From Adineta vaga (Eukaryota; Animalia; Rotifera), in contig CP075492.1 in NCBI GenBank assembly GCA_021613535.1, positions 3,906,001 to 3,970,000 of the forward strand: 64,000 bases of DNA, given 5' to 3'. The position numbers and the translations under genes were made by a program. The notes beneath the pieces are model-generated. The model saw nothing but the letters and a program-made list of their open reading frames with translations. It had not been told where the DNA came from and made no database searches. This document shows, in pieces, positions 25,318 to 37,262 of this stretch (positions are counted from its first letter, which is position 1; each line of letters begins with the position of its first letter).

Positions 25318-26055
25318 TCAGGATATTTTCTTATTCACACGTGAAGATAACAAATGATCAAACAAATGAAAGTGTTCATTAAGATAACCAATTGCATAAG
25401 TGATATACATCATTAAACCCCATATCTGAGCATATAATGATCCATCACACCCAACGATTAACGCATAGATACTAATACTAAGACCGACAATTAATTGCCA
25501 AGCGCCTAATACAATCAACACCCAATGAGCATTCCACAATCCTGCAAAATGTGGATACATAAATGTATGAAGAATTGTATTCGAAACCATTGTTGGCCAT
25601 TCATATGAAATATCACCACGTAAACCAACTAATACGACTGATGGTGTTGTTTGATGATGCCAACGAAAATGAGATAATACTGGTGTTTTATTCATAATAA
25701 CCAAATAAACATCCATAAATTCATATAATTTACTTAGATAGAAAATATACCAGAGGAAAGCATACGCGCCTGTTGGAGTAGACCGATGACAGATTAATCG
25801 ATTCCAAGAAGTGAATCGACCATCTCGATATGCCAGAATATTGATGAGTAGAAAAGTCATTGCCGAATAAACGCCAATTAAAATATTGTTGAAACGTTGA
25901 AATCGACGCACATTGATTGGCTCAGTACGGCTAGCCATATAACTTTCTAAGAGTCGTGTGACAACAAAATGGACGATTGAAATAAAAATCAGAAATGTCA
26001 GAGACGTTAATGGTGTTTGATCAGATAGAAAGACAAAGTTATCAGGATGCCACAT
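25318..26055 (-). CDS. GNS1/SUR4 (ELO) family fatty-acid elongase, intronless, variant His box
   Basis: FYLSKLYEFMDV (KxxExxD), SHFRWHH (His box variant), NTILHTFMYPHF (NxxxHxxMY), WQLIVG, several TM helices, C-terminal KKIS ER-retrieval-like tail. Confidence 0.88.
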   Translation of the reverse strand: MWHPDNFVFLSDQTPLTSLTFLIFISIVHFVVTRLLESYMASRTEPINVRRFQRFNNILIGVYSAMTFLLINILAYRDGRFTSWNRLICHRSTPTGAYAFLWYIFYLSKLYEFMDVYLVIMNKTPVLSHFRWHHQTTPSVVLVGLRGDISYEWPTMVSNTILHTFMYPHFAGLWNAHWVLIVLGAWQLIVGLSISIYALIVGCDGSLYAQIWGLMMYITYAIGYLNEHFHLFDHLLSSRVNKKIS

Positions 26056-26332
26056 CTTGCTATTTTAATAACGACTTTTTACTTGAGTTTGTTTGAAAAA
26101 TATCGAGGTTACTCGTTCTATATATTCTACTCTTTATGTATACACAATGACGTATGATGCAATACTTGATAAGAATCTGCATATTCTTTCGTCATACATA
26201 TATCTTTATAAAAAATATCTTGTGTCATCCAATCTCGACCTATAGTCAGGAATAAAAAGAGAGAAACAAATTATTTTCTTCTTGTAATATTTTATTTTCT
26301 TAACATTCACATTAATATATAATTCATGAATG

Positions 26333-27253
26333 TTAATTACAATAAATAACTTTACGCCAAAGTGAATTATCAATGAGTGAACGTGTTGTACCAGCTCTAT
26401 AACCTCCTGTATTCTGATCTAATATCCAACTAAGACGCAGTGGACTATCTAAATCTTCATTATCACCTGAAGTTTGTCGAACAGTTGCAAGTGGTGAAAA
26501 ACCAAACGATTTACCATTGGTACGATACCAGTAAACTTGACCGAATTGTTCTGGTCGATTCCATACTGTATTTATTGTTAAGACACTTGCTGGACCAACA
26601 GCTGCTAGACTTATACTTTTATTAAATGATGCAGCAACAAGGACATCATTACGACAGATACCAGCGATTTGATTGAGATCATCTGTACGAGTTCGATGAC
26701 TGTATGGCTGATCAAAAACACGTAACCAACCAGTTAATTGAATTTGAAGATTTTCATAGATTTGCCAAGCTAATTGTATAGGTGGTAACGGTTGACTATT
26801 TGAACATGATATTGTAGAAAGACGTTGTTCAATTGCATCTAATCTATCAGTTACTTGTCGCGAAATAGCTAGATAGATTGAATCGATGATTTCTCGTTTA
26901 ACTGTATCAAGCATATCCGGTGTAATACTAGGTGAACACGTAGAACTAATGGTAGTTGTTAGTGTACTAGTTGTTTGTTGTTGTATTGTTGATGTAAAAT
27001 TTGTTTCATTCAATATTTCTTCGGTTGTTTGTTGTTGCCAAGCATATGTTGTGTCAGTACCAGTACTTAATTCTAAGAGTAATTGCTCGGTTGTTTCTTG
27101 ATGCCAAGCATGTGTTGCACTTGTATCAGTTCCTAATTCTAAAAATGACTCTTGAGTTGTAGCAGAATCAAAGATAAATGTGGAATCCTCTTGTGTTGTT
27201 TGACAAGAGACATGAACAAATATAAGAGTGACGAAAATGAAAAAGCGAAGCAT
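26333..27253 (-). CDS. Secreted protein: signal peptide, Thr/Glu-rich repeats, coiled linker and C-terminal globular domain
   Basis: Intronless 306 aa ORF. Signal MLRFFIFVTLIFVHVSC, a ~22 aa repeat (LELGTDTSATHAWHQETTEQ / LELSTGTDTTYAWQQQTTEE), and C-domain motifs GWLRVFDQPYSH, YWYRTNGKSFGFSP, RLSWILD, GGYRAG. Confidence 0.82.
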   Translation of the reverse strand: MLRFFIFVTLIFVHVSCQTTQEDSTFIFDSATTQESFLELGTDTSATHAWHQETTEQLLLELSTGTDTTYAWQQQTTEEILNETNFTSTIQQQTTSTLTTTISSTCSPSITPDMLDTVKREIIDSIYLAISRQVTDRLDAIEQRLSTISCSNSQPLPPIQLAWQIYENLQIQLTGWLRVFDQPYSHRTRTDDLNQIAGICRNDVLVAASFNKSISLAAVGPASVLTINTVWNRPEQFGQVYWYRTNGKSFGFSPLATVRQTSGDNEDLDSPLRLSWILDQNTGGYRAGTTRSLIDNSLWRKVIYCN

Positions 27254-28529
27254 TTTGTAATAATAAAATGTAAATGTTCTTCTTTGTCTACGTGTTTAAT
27301 AGTTACTTTATCGATTACAGAAGGGTTACGACGATGATGGATGTCATTTGAGACTCAAGATTGAAAGAAAATCCTTTTTAAATTAGAAAAAGAAATTTTG
27401 AAAGAGATGAGAGTGGGATGGTAATCGTTTCTATCAGACATTCTGAAGTTATTTTTCCATGAAAGATTATGACGTCGAATACTTCATTCTATCATCAATA
27501 GTCAGTAATGAATTTTTAATGCATGCCGATCAGAACTCTGATAATAATACGTATGTGACAAGCGTAATAAATATATGACTTCAAAATAGGAGTAAGATGA
27601 GAAAACAACTATTCTCTTGTAACAATTTGTTTCTTCAAATAATAAGAAAGCAAAATTCAATAATATCATATTGTGTTTTCTTGTAGGGTTTCAATTCTTA
27701 CATGATTGTTATAAAATCAGTGAATAATGAAAATAATTTTGATTGAATCACAATGAACTTGAAAATAAATTTAATAGAATTTTATTGAGATTAAACCCTA
27801 ATGCAAAATTTAATGTTGAAAATCTTTCAAAGACAACTTAGATTGATAGAGAATTATAAGATTCTTTGAAAGCCATCTGACAAAGTTTCAGATTTTATTA
27901 TATAATATTTCTCTCAAATAACTTCTGAACCCATATGTATATATATTGAAATTTATCATATTTTTGCAATATGATAGTGTAGATAATGTGACTAAAGTGA
28001 TTAAACAAGCATATAATTCTATAATAGCGAAACAAAATAAATTTGGTAGAATAAAATCATATGAAAACACTTTTTCAAACTTGTTAAACAAATTTAGATA
28101 GTTTAAATGAAGATTGATCAATTATTAAACTAAAATTATTCCTATTTGTCTCTATGTTTTCAACGGTAAATAAAAATTTGATCCGCTTACATCAATCTGT
28201 TTTATTTCATATGTCTGTTCAATTGTTGACTTATATAATTTGATTCATTTATTTTGTTTGATGTTATCTTTTTTCATGAAAGAACCAGTCTGTTCAACAT
28301 CATGAATATCCATGAACTATGACATACGTTCATATGCTTTAGATATGGTTGATGTCGATTGATCTGGTACAATTGATGCATCATAAGAAAATGTAATTGA
28401 TAATTAGTTATTTCTTGCACATTCTGTTATAAATATACAGCTTTTTCCTCTCTTTTCTATTTAAAAAAACGAATGAAGAAGTTAATTTTTTTTATCAATC
28501 AATGAATATACTTGCATTGTAAGAGATAA

Positions 28530-28820
28530 CGAAGGGTTAATGTACACGAAGATAAAAAAAATAACATCGTACTACGCGTGTTCTCAGCGTGATGTGCGCG
28601 TACATACATACATTATAGTGATACGAAACGAAAAGAAAAATCAGTCTGTGATTCATCGAAGAACGGAAAGAATAGATTGTACTTTTTTCTCTTTTATTCG
28701 TCGATGTGATGAAATCGATCCTTGATAGATGCACTTTCATCCACATAGATAGACAGATATACATAAATGTATATAATAGACATCTGTGACATGGTTTTTT
28801 ATATTTCTTTTTGCTTGTAG
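28530..28820 (+). promoter_or_regulatory. Conserved upstream/5'UTR block shared by all three PHGDH copies
   Basis: GGGTTAATGTACACGAAGATAAA...CGTACTACGCGTGTTCTCAGCGTGAT...GAAATCGATCCTTGATA recurs at ~33317-33470 and ~38470-38670. Regulatory role is inferred. Confidence 0.5.
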
Positions 28821-28827
28821 ACTAAGA

Positions 28828-30697
28828 ATGGATTCTTACGATGCTATGAACCGTGTTTTAATTACTGATGATGTTGATTCACAGTGTGTGGATATGTTAA
28901 TAGCAAATGGATTTTCAGTCGAAAAAGACATTAAATTAGCTAAACAACCTCAAGAACAATTAATTAAACGAGTTCAAGTATGATTGATTTCTTTTTCATA
29001 TTAAAGAAAAATAAATTGTATTCAATCATTAGGAAGCAGATATTTTAATTGTACGGAGTGCAACCAAAGTAACAAGTGCTGTTATAGAAGGATCACCTCG
29101 TTTAAAATTAATCGGACGAGCTGGAACTGGAACAGATAATATCGATACTGACACAGCCACTCGTCATGGAATTCTTGTCATGAAGTTTGTATTATCATTT
29201 TCTTCGCTTTTTTTCATATTTATCTTTATAATTTAGTACTCCTGGTGGAAATACTCTTTCAGCAGCTGAGCATACTTGCGCTTTGATTTGTTCCCTATCT
29301 CGAAGTATTCCAAATGCTTGTGCTTCATTGAAATCAGGTGCTTGGCAACGATCAACATTTATGGGTGAAGAATTAAATGGTAAAACATTAGCAATTATAG
29401 GTTTAGGAAGAATTGGACGAGAAGTTGCAAAACGAATGCAATCATTTAATATGAAGGTTAGATATTGAATAAATCGATATTAAAGTTAATAGTTTTTTTA
29501 AAATCATTTAGACCATTGGTTATGATCCAATCATCACTGCGGAACAAAGTTTAACATTTGGAGTGGAGTTTTTCGAATTAAACGATCTTTGGCCATTAGC
29601 TGATTATATAACTGTTCATGTTCCATTGATGAAAGAAACTCATCGTTAGTTATATTGTTTGAAAAAAAAAAGATTTCTTTACTATTAATTTGTTTTCCTA
29701 CCATTTTATAGATTTAATCAATGATAAAGTTTTATTACAATGTAGAAAAGGTGTAAAATTAGTGAATGTTGCTCGTGGAGGAATTATTGATGAAGCAGCA
29801 CTTCTTGATTCACTCAATTCTGGTCATTGTGGTGGTGCTGCTTTGGATGTCTTCGAAGAAGAACCACCCGTTGATTTAAAACTTGTTCAACATCCTGGTG
29901 TGATTTGTACACCACATTTAGGTGCAAATACACGTGAAGCACAAAAACGTGTTGCTATTGAATTAGCACAACAAATCATTGATTTTAAACAAGGTCATTC
30001 ATTAATTGGAGTAGTCAATGGATCAGCTGTTACATCACAATTTGGTCAAGGCAATCGACCTATTCTATTACTTAGTAAACGATTAGGACAAATTATTGGA
30101 GCGTCATCTTCATCAACACCTAAGCATATATCTCTTTCATTTAATCGTAAGTTGTGATTTTTTATTGTTTACAGAATTAATTTTCTTTTTTTATTCTAGA
30201 TACTGTTTCAAGTCATTTATTTGAAGCACTTTCCATCTATTTCTCTTACGGATATTTACAAGAACAAGGCAATAAACGTGTTAATTTTGTCAATGCTCGT
30301 CATTTATTTGAAGTTGAAGTATGTGACATATTTTCGAAGAATCTCGTTTTCAATCGATTTTTTCTATTTGTAGATGGACATGGTAGTTGATAAGAATCAA
30401 GAATTGAATAACGTATTAGTCGTTCGTGTGACAAGCGATAATGAAATTAAAGTATTATCCGGTATCGTTTGTGGTGATCATCTTTGGTTAGATAGTGTGA
30501 ATCAATGTCGTTTTATTGCTCATGTTCCACTTGATGATGAAAAAACGCATGTCATCGTTCAACCAATACAGGGATCATTTGTAGATCATCTTCGTGACAA
30601 TACATCGAAGTATCAGAATCGTATATCGGCTGTATTCGATTCAGTATCACAAACGGGAAATAGTCAAGATCAACGATGGTGTGCATTACTTTTATAA
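28828..30697 (+). CDS. PHGDH: D-3-phosphoglycerate dehydrogenase (intact copy, 7 exons)
   Basis: [107 protein letters not shown]. Approximate exons 28828-28977, 29033-29184, 29238-29456, 29512-29646, 29712-30147, 30200-30318, 30374-30697. Confidence 0.93.
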
Positions 30698-33560
30698 TTC
30701 AATGAACACATACAAAGAAAAAAGAATCTTCTTTTAAAGCTTTTTAAACGATAATAAAGATTAGTAGAATATGTTATTTGTTCGATCTTTAAACTTAATT
30801 AAATCTTCATATATATTCTTTAAAATCTTCTAATTTAATTTGTGTCTATATTACGCAATTTGATTTCATTTAACATCATTCATGGACAGAATATTCCCTT
30901 TCTCACACGGATGCTTCTGTAAACTTAAAAAATGTTCTTATCGTTGTTTCGTTTTCGAACAAAAGAAATGATGAGTTTCTTTGATATTTTTTCTAATCTT
31001 TTGAATTACTGCAGTTGTAGTTACGTTTCTCTTTCACTTCACTTCACTTAATATAATTAAAAATACGTAGGTCGATGTCATAAAACTTCAATATTGGATA
31101 AACAGTGATTTGTTGGTTTAGATAAAAACATTTATTGTTGATAAAAAGTTTGGCAGAAACGAAAAAGATGAATACTAATAAATAATTATAATATTATCTT
31201 GGCATAAAAATCGAAGTAATTTTGGTTATAGGTGAGAGAACATATATGAAACTGTCATTAAAATATCGAGGATGAGGACACACGTAAGTGTATAGAGCAC
31301 AAAACGTTCTCCTCATACTCCAGATATAGTTTTAATTGGCTTTCCTGAGTTTTGTCAAGAATATTATCCAGCACTCAAAATATTTTGTAGAGCATGAAAA
31401 AAACTTTCTCGAATATAACTGATTTTCAATTTTATTTATTTTTAATTTGTTCATTTTTCTAAAAGGACCTGTGTAGAAATTATAGCATATCGAGTTTAAC
31501 ACTGAAGCAGTTATTGGAATATTTTAAATATCTTTGACTTCCTATTTTATGAATATCGTCGATTTCAATCATGCATCCAGTCGACGAATCGACTGACATG
31601 TAAAGAGGTATGTTTAAGAGTGAAATTTAAAACGAAATAACTTATCACTTATAATTCAATGACAGAAACATACAATATTCTCATTGAATTAGAACATCAC
31701 CCTCAGCATCTAATTATCTTTATGCGCCTATCCTCTTCCGATACGCACACGCATTAGATAGCTCTAAAGAATTTTATCGATTGTTTTTTTAATAGATGAT
31801 AAAAGATGGTCAAAATTTGTTCATCAATAAAAATCATGTTTAACTCGCTACAACTTTGCATCGAGCTTGACTAATCATCTTGAGATGTTCTTTCTTCTAG
31901 AGAATGTACTGGTTTATCATACATTCATCGGAGCAACCATGAGAACAACAGTATTCATTTGATTCCACTTGGATGAAGCAGGACAAACATAACAAACTCG
32001 TGCTCTAGACGCCTTCGATCTTCACTTTTATCTATGAATGATACTCCTTGACTACATAAACAAGATGAATACAATTAAATGGAAGAAGATAACAAAAAGT
32101 TAAGCAAACTGTCGTTCAAATATCCCGATCAAGCAGCATAAGATTGTACAACTCTGCACTCATAGCTTGTTTTTGACCATTTAGTGCATTATATTGTGTC
32201 AGCTGAGCTGGTGTCATAAGATGTGCAATACCTTGTGGCGCTTGGCTAATCAATTTGTCCATTCGATATGTCAATACCATGATTTCAAAACATAATCGAT
32301 TTTTCTAAACACAAAATGAACATTAATTGTTGAATACAACACTAGGGTGAGAATTACTGAAATATTATCAAATACTATTTAATATTTAGAAAATCTGCAA
32401 CTAAGTCAGAAAAATTCGTGTTGAAGATTTATATGGAAAGGTAATACATACTAGCGTTGTGTCGATTGCCATAATATAGACAAAGGCTAGTGAGAATAGA
32501 TGATATCATAATGTATCTCGTGTATTCTCTATATTAGTATAATCTGTTGAACAAGGACCGGCTGCTTTGTTGACAAAGGAAATAGTTCAGTTTCTGATAA
32601 ACAACATTGTCCGACGAGAACAGACGACAGTTTTATTTCATTCTTATAATCTCTCTCGCTCTCGCAATTAGTTTCTATCGTCAATATGATTTCTTTGTTT
32701 TTCTTTTTCTCTCCTTCTCTTTCATCGCACATATTTTGAAAACATATTGTCAGAATAACTTACAATGGCTATTTTCGATGACGTTGGCATAGTGATACAA
32801 TGCTGGATGGTTTGATAAGCATTGAAATGTATAGTTGCCATTAAAATATGGTTAATATAATATAACAGATCATACACTGTAAGATGGACAGATAACGATA
32901 TAATTATGTCTTTTCTTTTCTAACTATTACAGTGAAATGAACATGCCTACCATTTTCGTTTCTACTAATTATTTCCTTTTCTTTCTTAGAGAACAATAAC
33001 AAACATGTGCTATGCGTAGTAGAGGTACGAACGACAATAAAATCGAATGTTGACTGCTTACGTCATCAGACGTTAACTACAGAAGTTTTATTTAAGAAAA
33101 AAAGAAAATAATAATTATGAAACCAATGAAAAGAAAAGTAATGAGCATACTAATGAATATTATTATTAGAAAAGAACAAACTGATCCAAGTTTGATTAAA
33201 ATTAAAGTATTTTTTATTCAAAAATCAAATTAAAAATATCATCGTTTTATCGACCAACAGATTTTTTTTGTTGATGATTTACAAAGGAAATTTCAATTTT
33301 CATACCGGATAAGAAAGCGTTAGTGTACACAAAGATAAAATGACATCGTATTATATGCGTGTTCTCGAGGTGATGCAGGCATAATACATGCCCTAGTAAA
33401 ACAAAGACAAAGAAGAGACATATTCTATTTCGTTCCGTTCGTCAATGAAACGAAATCGATCCTTGATAAATGCTTGTTCATTAACACAGACAAATAAACA
33501 TACATATCACAGATATCGCTGACTTGGTATTTTTACATTTTTTCCCGTTATAGATTACGA

Positions 33561-34400
33561 ATGAATTCTTATGATTATACGAACCACGTTTTAATTACTG
33601 ATGATGTTGATTCACAATGTGTCGATATGTTAGTGGCAAATGGATTTTCAGTCGAAAAAGATATTCGATTAGCTAAGCAACCTCAAAAGGAATTAATTAA
33701 ACGAGTTCAAGTATGATGATTGATCTCATTTAATTTTAGAAACGTTCATTTTATTCATTTTCAATAGTGCAACAAAAGTAATGAGTGCAGTCATTGAAAG
33801 ATCACCTCGTTTATAATTAATTGGATGTGCAGGAACAGGAACAGATAATATCGATACAGGCACAGCAACTTGTCATGAAGTTTGTATCATCAGCTTCTTC
33901 TTCTATGTCTTAATCTATTTTCATATAATTTAGTACTCCTGGTGGAAATACTCTTTCAGCAGCTGAGCATACTTGTGCTTCATTAAAATTAGGTGCTTAT
34001 TGGCTACAATCAACATTTATGAGTGAAGAATTAAATGGTAAAACATTAGCAATTATAGGTTTAGGAAGAATTGGACGAGAAGTTGCAAAACGAATGCAAT
34101 CATTTAATACGAAAGTTAGAGATCAAATACACTTTTATATGGAAGATAATCTTTTTTTAATTTTATTTAGACCATTGATTGTGATGCCATTATCACTGTT
34201 GAACAAAGTTTAAGATTTAGAGTGACATAATTGATGAAACAACACTTCTTTATGCACTCAATCCTGGTCATTGAAGTGGTGTTGCTTTGAATGTTTTTGA
34301 TGAAGAAATACTTGTGGATTTAAAACTCATTCACATCCTGATGTGATCTGTACACCATATTTAAGTGCAAACACACGTGAAGCACAACAAATGATTGATT
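33561..34400 (+). pseudogene. PHGDH pseudogene (copy 2, truncated)
   Basis: Aligns to exons 1-5 of the intact copy with multiple deletions, stops and frameshifts. The 3' end is lost and abuts a truncated four-TM pseudogene on the opposite strand. Confidence 0.9.
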
Positions 34401-34926
34401 TCATACAATACAGTTTGACTTGAAAATCCAGGAGTGCCAATATCAGATAATAAATCAGTTGCCATCACCAAAACCATGCTTCCCATGAGTATCGCATCAA
34501 GTCAAGCAAACTAAATTTGAATAAATAAGAGAAAAAAATGAATGAATAATTGAATGATTCTTATATATACTACACGTAAGCCAGTTTGATAATAACGAAA
34601 ACTCACGAATATTCCAAAAATATAAAATAAAAGAATTATAAGATTAGCATTAATGTATAAACTTTGTTCAGTTCCATTTATTTCACTTAAAGAATTAAAT
34701 AACACATAAACAGTAACCAAGAGTGCCTAAAAATGATATAAAAAATTTGACGACGTACAGAATTAGCACTAGACAAAAGGCCTACAACACGAACATCAAG
34801 AATAAAAAGAAGTATTTTTCGAGTTCGTTGTATTTCATTACTATCCTTTAATGATAATAGTCTTGGATTCAATATAACAGTTAAATTGGTCGTGGTCACT
34901 TTTTTAGTTTCTGATTTCCACTCCAT
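34400..34926 (-). pseudogene. Four-TM family member 5 (pseudogene, 3'-truncated)
   Basis: NEIQRTRKILLFIL, RYYQTGLRV. Exon 3 begins FA* (TGA where most paralogs have W). Exon 4 is missing. Closest to member 1. Confidence 0.8.
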
Positions 34927-35459
34927 TCGTAGTTACACGTCTCGAAGAAATACAAGAACAATGTATGGTACTATCGAGAAAGGAGAAAATTATTTGTCTT
35001 CGTATCAAAGATGCAGAATCAGAAGGTATGTGCCAACATGCGTTTGGGAAATTTTTTCTATATAGAAAATCGAGAAAAAAAGACTTTGTTTTTTATCTCT
35101 TTTATGTAATAAATAGAATTTTTAAATGTAAAAATCAGATAGTATTCTTATTTTCCATACGATACTTTTCGTATAATCATAAGTATTGAAAAATAATAAA
35201 ATCGACACAAAAAGAACCTAAATATTAGTTCCTTATTATTGATATCTAGAAATCTATTGAAGTTATCAATCGCATCGTGCTACTTATATCTTTCGATTAT
35301 TATCTGTAAACAGCATATTAACTTTTTCAAAATCATTAGAATTTTATTATAATATTTGCAATTGAACAAGAATATTTCAAACAGAAAAAGTTTTTTTGAT
35401 AGATATTTCAATGTCTTTCTTTATATATGTACAGAACCAATCACTACCACATACTATAA

Positions 35460-36311
35460 TTAAACTTGTGGAATAGAAACTTTTTTGTTAGCATTAATTA
35501 ATCTAGCTAATTTAAAACATAATTTGATCAAGATGATCTATAAGAAAAAATGAAATTTTATTAAAAATTTGAATATACACCTAACTTACTTGTATAACTA
35601 AAGAAACAGCAACAATAATACCAAGGACTGTAATAATAACTCCGCTAACAGTAACATAAGAATCCAATTGTTCATGAATAGGTACACCTGAGATGATTAT
35701 GATGAATAGAATAGAAAACAGTGAGAAAGATAAACAGAGCAAAACAGTTGCGATGATCAAAAGCCATGCGACCTAAAAAATCAGAAAAAAGACTCAAAAT
35801 GTCTTTATTTTTCATTGAAATAAGGATTAAATGCGAATATCACGAAAGTGATTTTAACTATTTTTGGATGGCAATGATGTTTATCATTAATTTTATGATA
35901 AACAATAAAATTACTCTCAGATCAATAAAAAGGTGAAGCATACCACACGTAAACCTGTTGGATGATAGTTGTACGTTACATAAAATGCCAAAGCATAAAA
36001 TATAGCTGACAGTACAGGTTGAGTAAATGTGTAGGTACGATTTTGTTTCAGATAATATGCACTTGCTGTTGTTGACGTTGACGTTGTTGTTGTTGAATTT
36101 ATAATGAATACAGCTATTGAAAGTATATTTAATCCCTAAAAGATTCAAAGCTAATTCAAGTAATGAATAAAAAGATGTGTCAATTTACCAGAAGAATACC
36201 GAAGATAATGAGAAGTATTTTTCGAGTTCGTTGAACTTCTCGATCGTCAGTTAACAGAATTGGTACAGTGCCAGGTACCAATACTTTTTCAGATCCTTGT
36301 GCGTATTGCAT
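35460..36311 (-). CDS. Four-TM family member 6 (intact)
   Basis: Exons 36311-36189, 36135-35944, 35772-35590, 35537-35460, open throughout. Motifs DREVQRTRKILL, NYHPTGLRV|VAWL, FKLARLINANKK. Not recovered in the ORF track. Confidence 0.85.
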
Positions 36312-36814
36312 TATAATCACGTGCTATCTAAATGTATATCGAATTATGAATGAAATGAACGAAAACGAAAGAAAAGAGAAATATAGACGATAGAGAGAAG
36401 AGAAAGAAACAAATCGGACTGATCATAACGGTATAGATAGATTCAATAGAAGAATGAAACCACAACCAACTGACAAAATAATGTAGATTAAATAATATAA
36501 AGCATTATAGTCATGATTATTATTGATAAATACGACATCTTCAATAAATGTCGTATTTCCCTTCATATGTTGTGACGATTGAGTAGTATTTTTATAGGAA
36601 GAATATGGGAGAAAAAAATTTCCCCTCATTCTATTGTCCAGCAATCTGACTTGTCACCGAACGAATAGGACAGAAAGGAAAAAAAGCTATCTCTATTAAT
36701 GAGTCATGAGTCAAAGCATGGAGGTCATGCCCATTCTTTACCATATAAATAAGAGAGTTGGAAAAGAAGGTGAAACATTCTATTTCTTGTATTTCGTTGC
36801 AATATATATGAGAA

Positions 36815-37118
36815 AAACTCACACGTTTTTGGATATATCACTACGTAAACCAGTTAATACGATTGATGATGTCAACGAAAATGCAATAATAATACTGTTG
36901 TTTCATTTAAAATAACCAAATAAACATATTGAAATAAAATATACATAAAAGAAAAGTCGAACAAATATCAATAGACTATTACTAAAGCTATGAAATTCAC
37001 GTATATTTATTGATTTACTACGACCAGATATCAGGTTTCTAATATTCATGTGACAATATAATGGACGATTGAATAAAAATGAGAAATAAAAAAGATATCA
37101 ATGATGTTTCATCAGATA
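36815..37118 (-). pseudogene. Heavily decayed ELO elongase remnant (copy 3)
   Basis: ATATCACTACGTAAACCAGTTAATACGA...CAACGAAAATG...AATAACCAAATAAACAT and ATGGACGATTGAATAAAAATGAGAAAT...ATCAGATA match 25610-25712 and 25968-26027. Confidence 0.72.
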
Positions 37119-37262
37119 TTATATTTGGTTAATTAACAAATAAAAGAACAATTATTCTCATAATCAATAATACAACATCTCAAAATTCATAAAAGCACAC
37201 TCAATAAATGTCATCCTTAATCATTCTATTTTCCTTTGCATCATGGTGTACAAGAAGTAAAC

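Noticed and set aside
31050-32800. Coding-like remnant on the minus strand (MVLTYRMDKLISQAPQGIAHLMTP...)
   Set aside because: Riddled with stops and no family recognisable by eye. It needs BLASTX.
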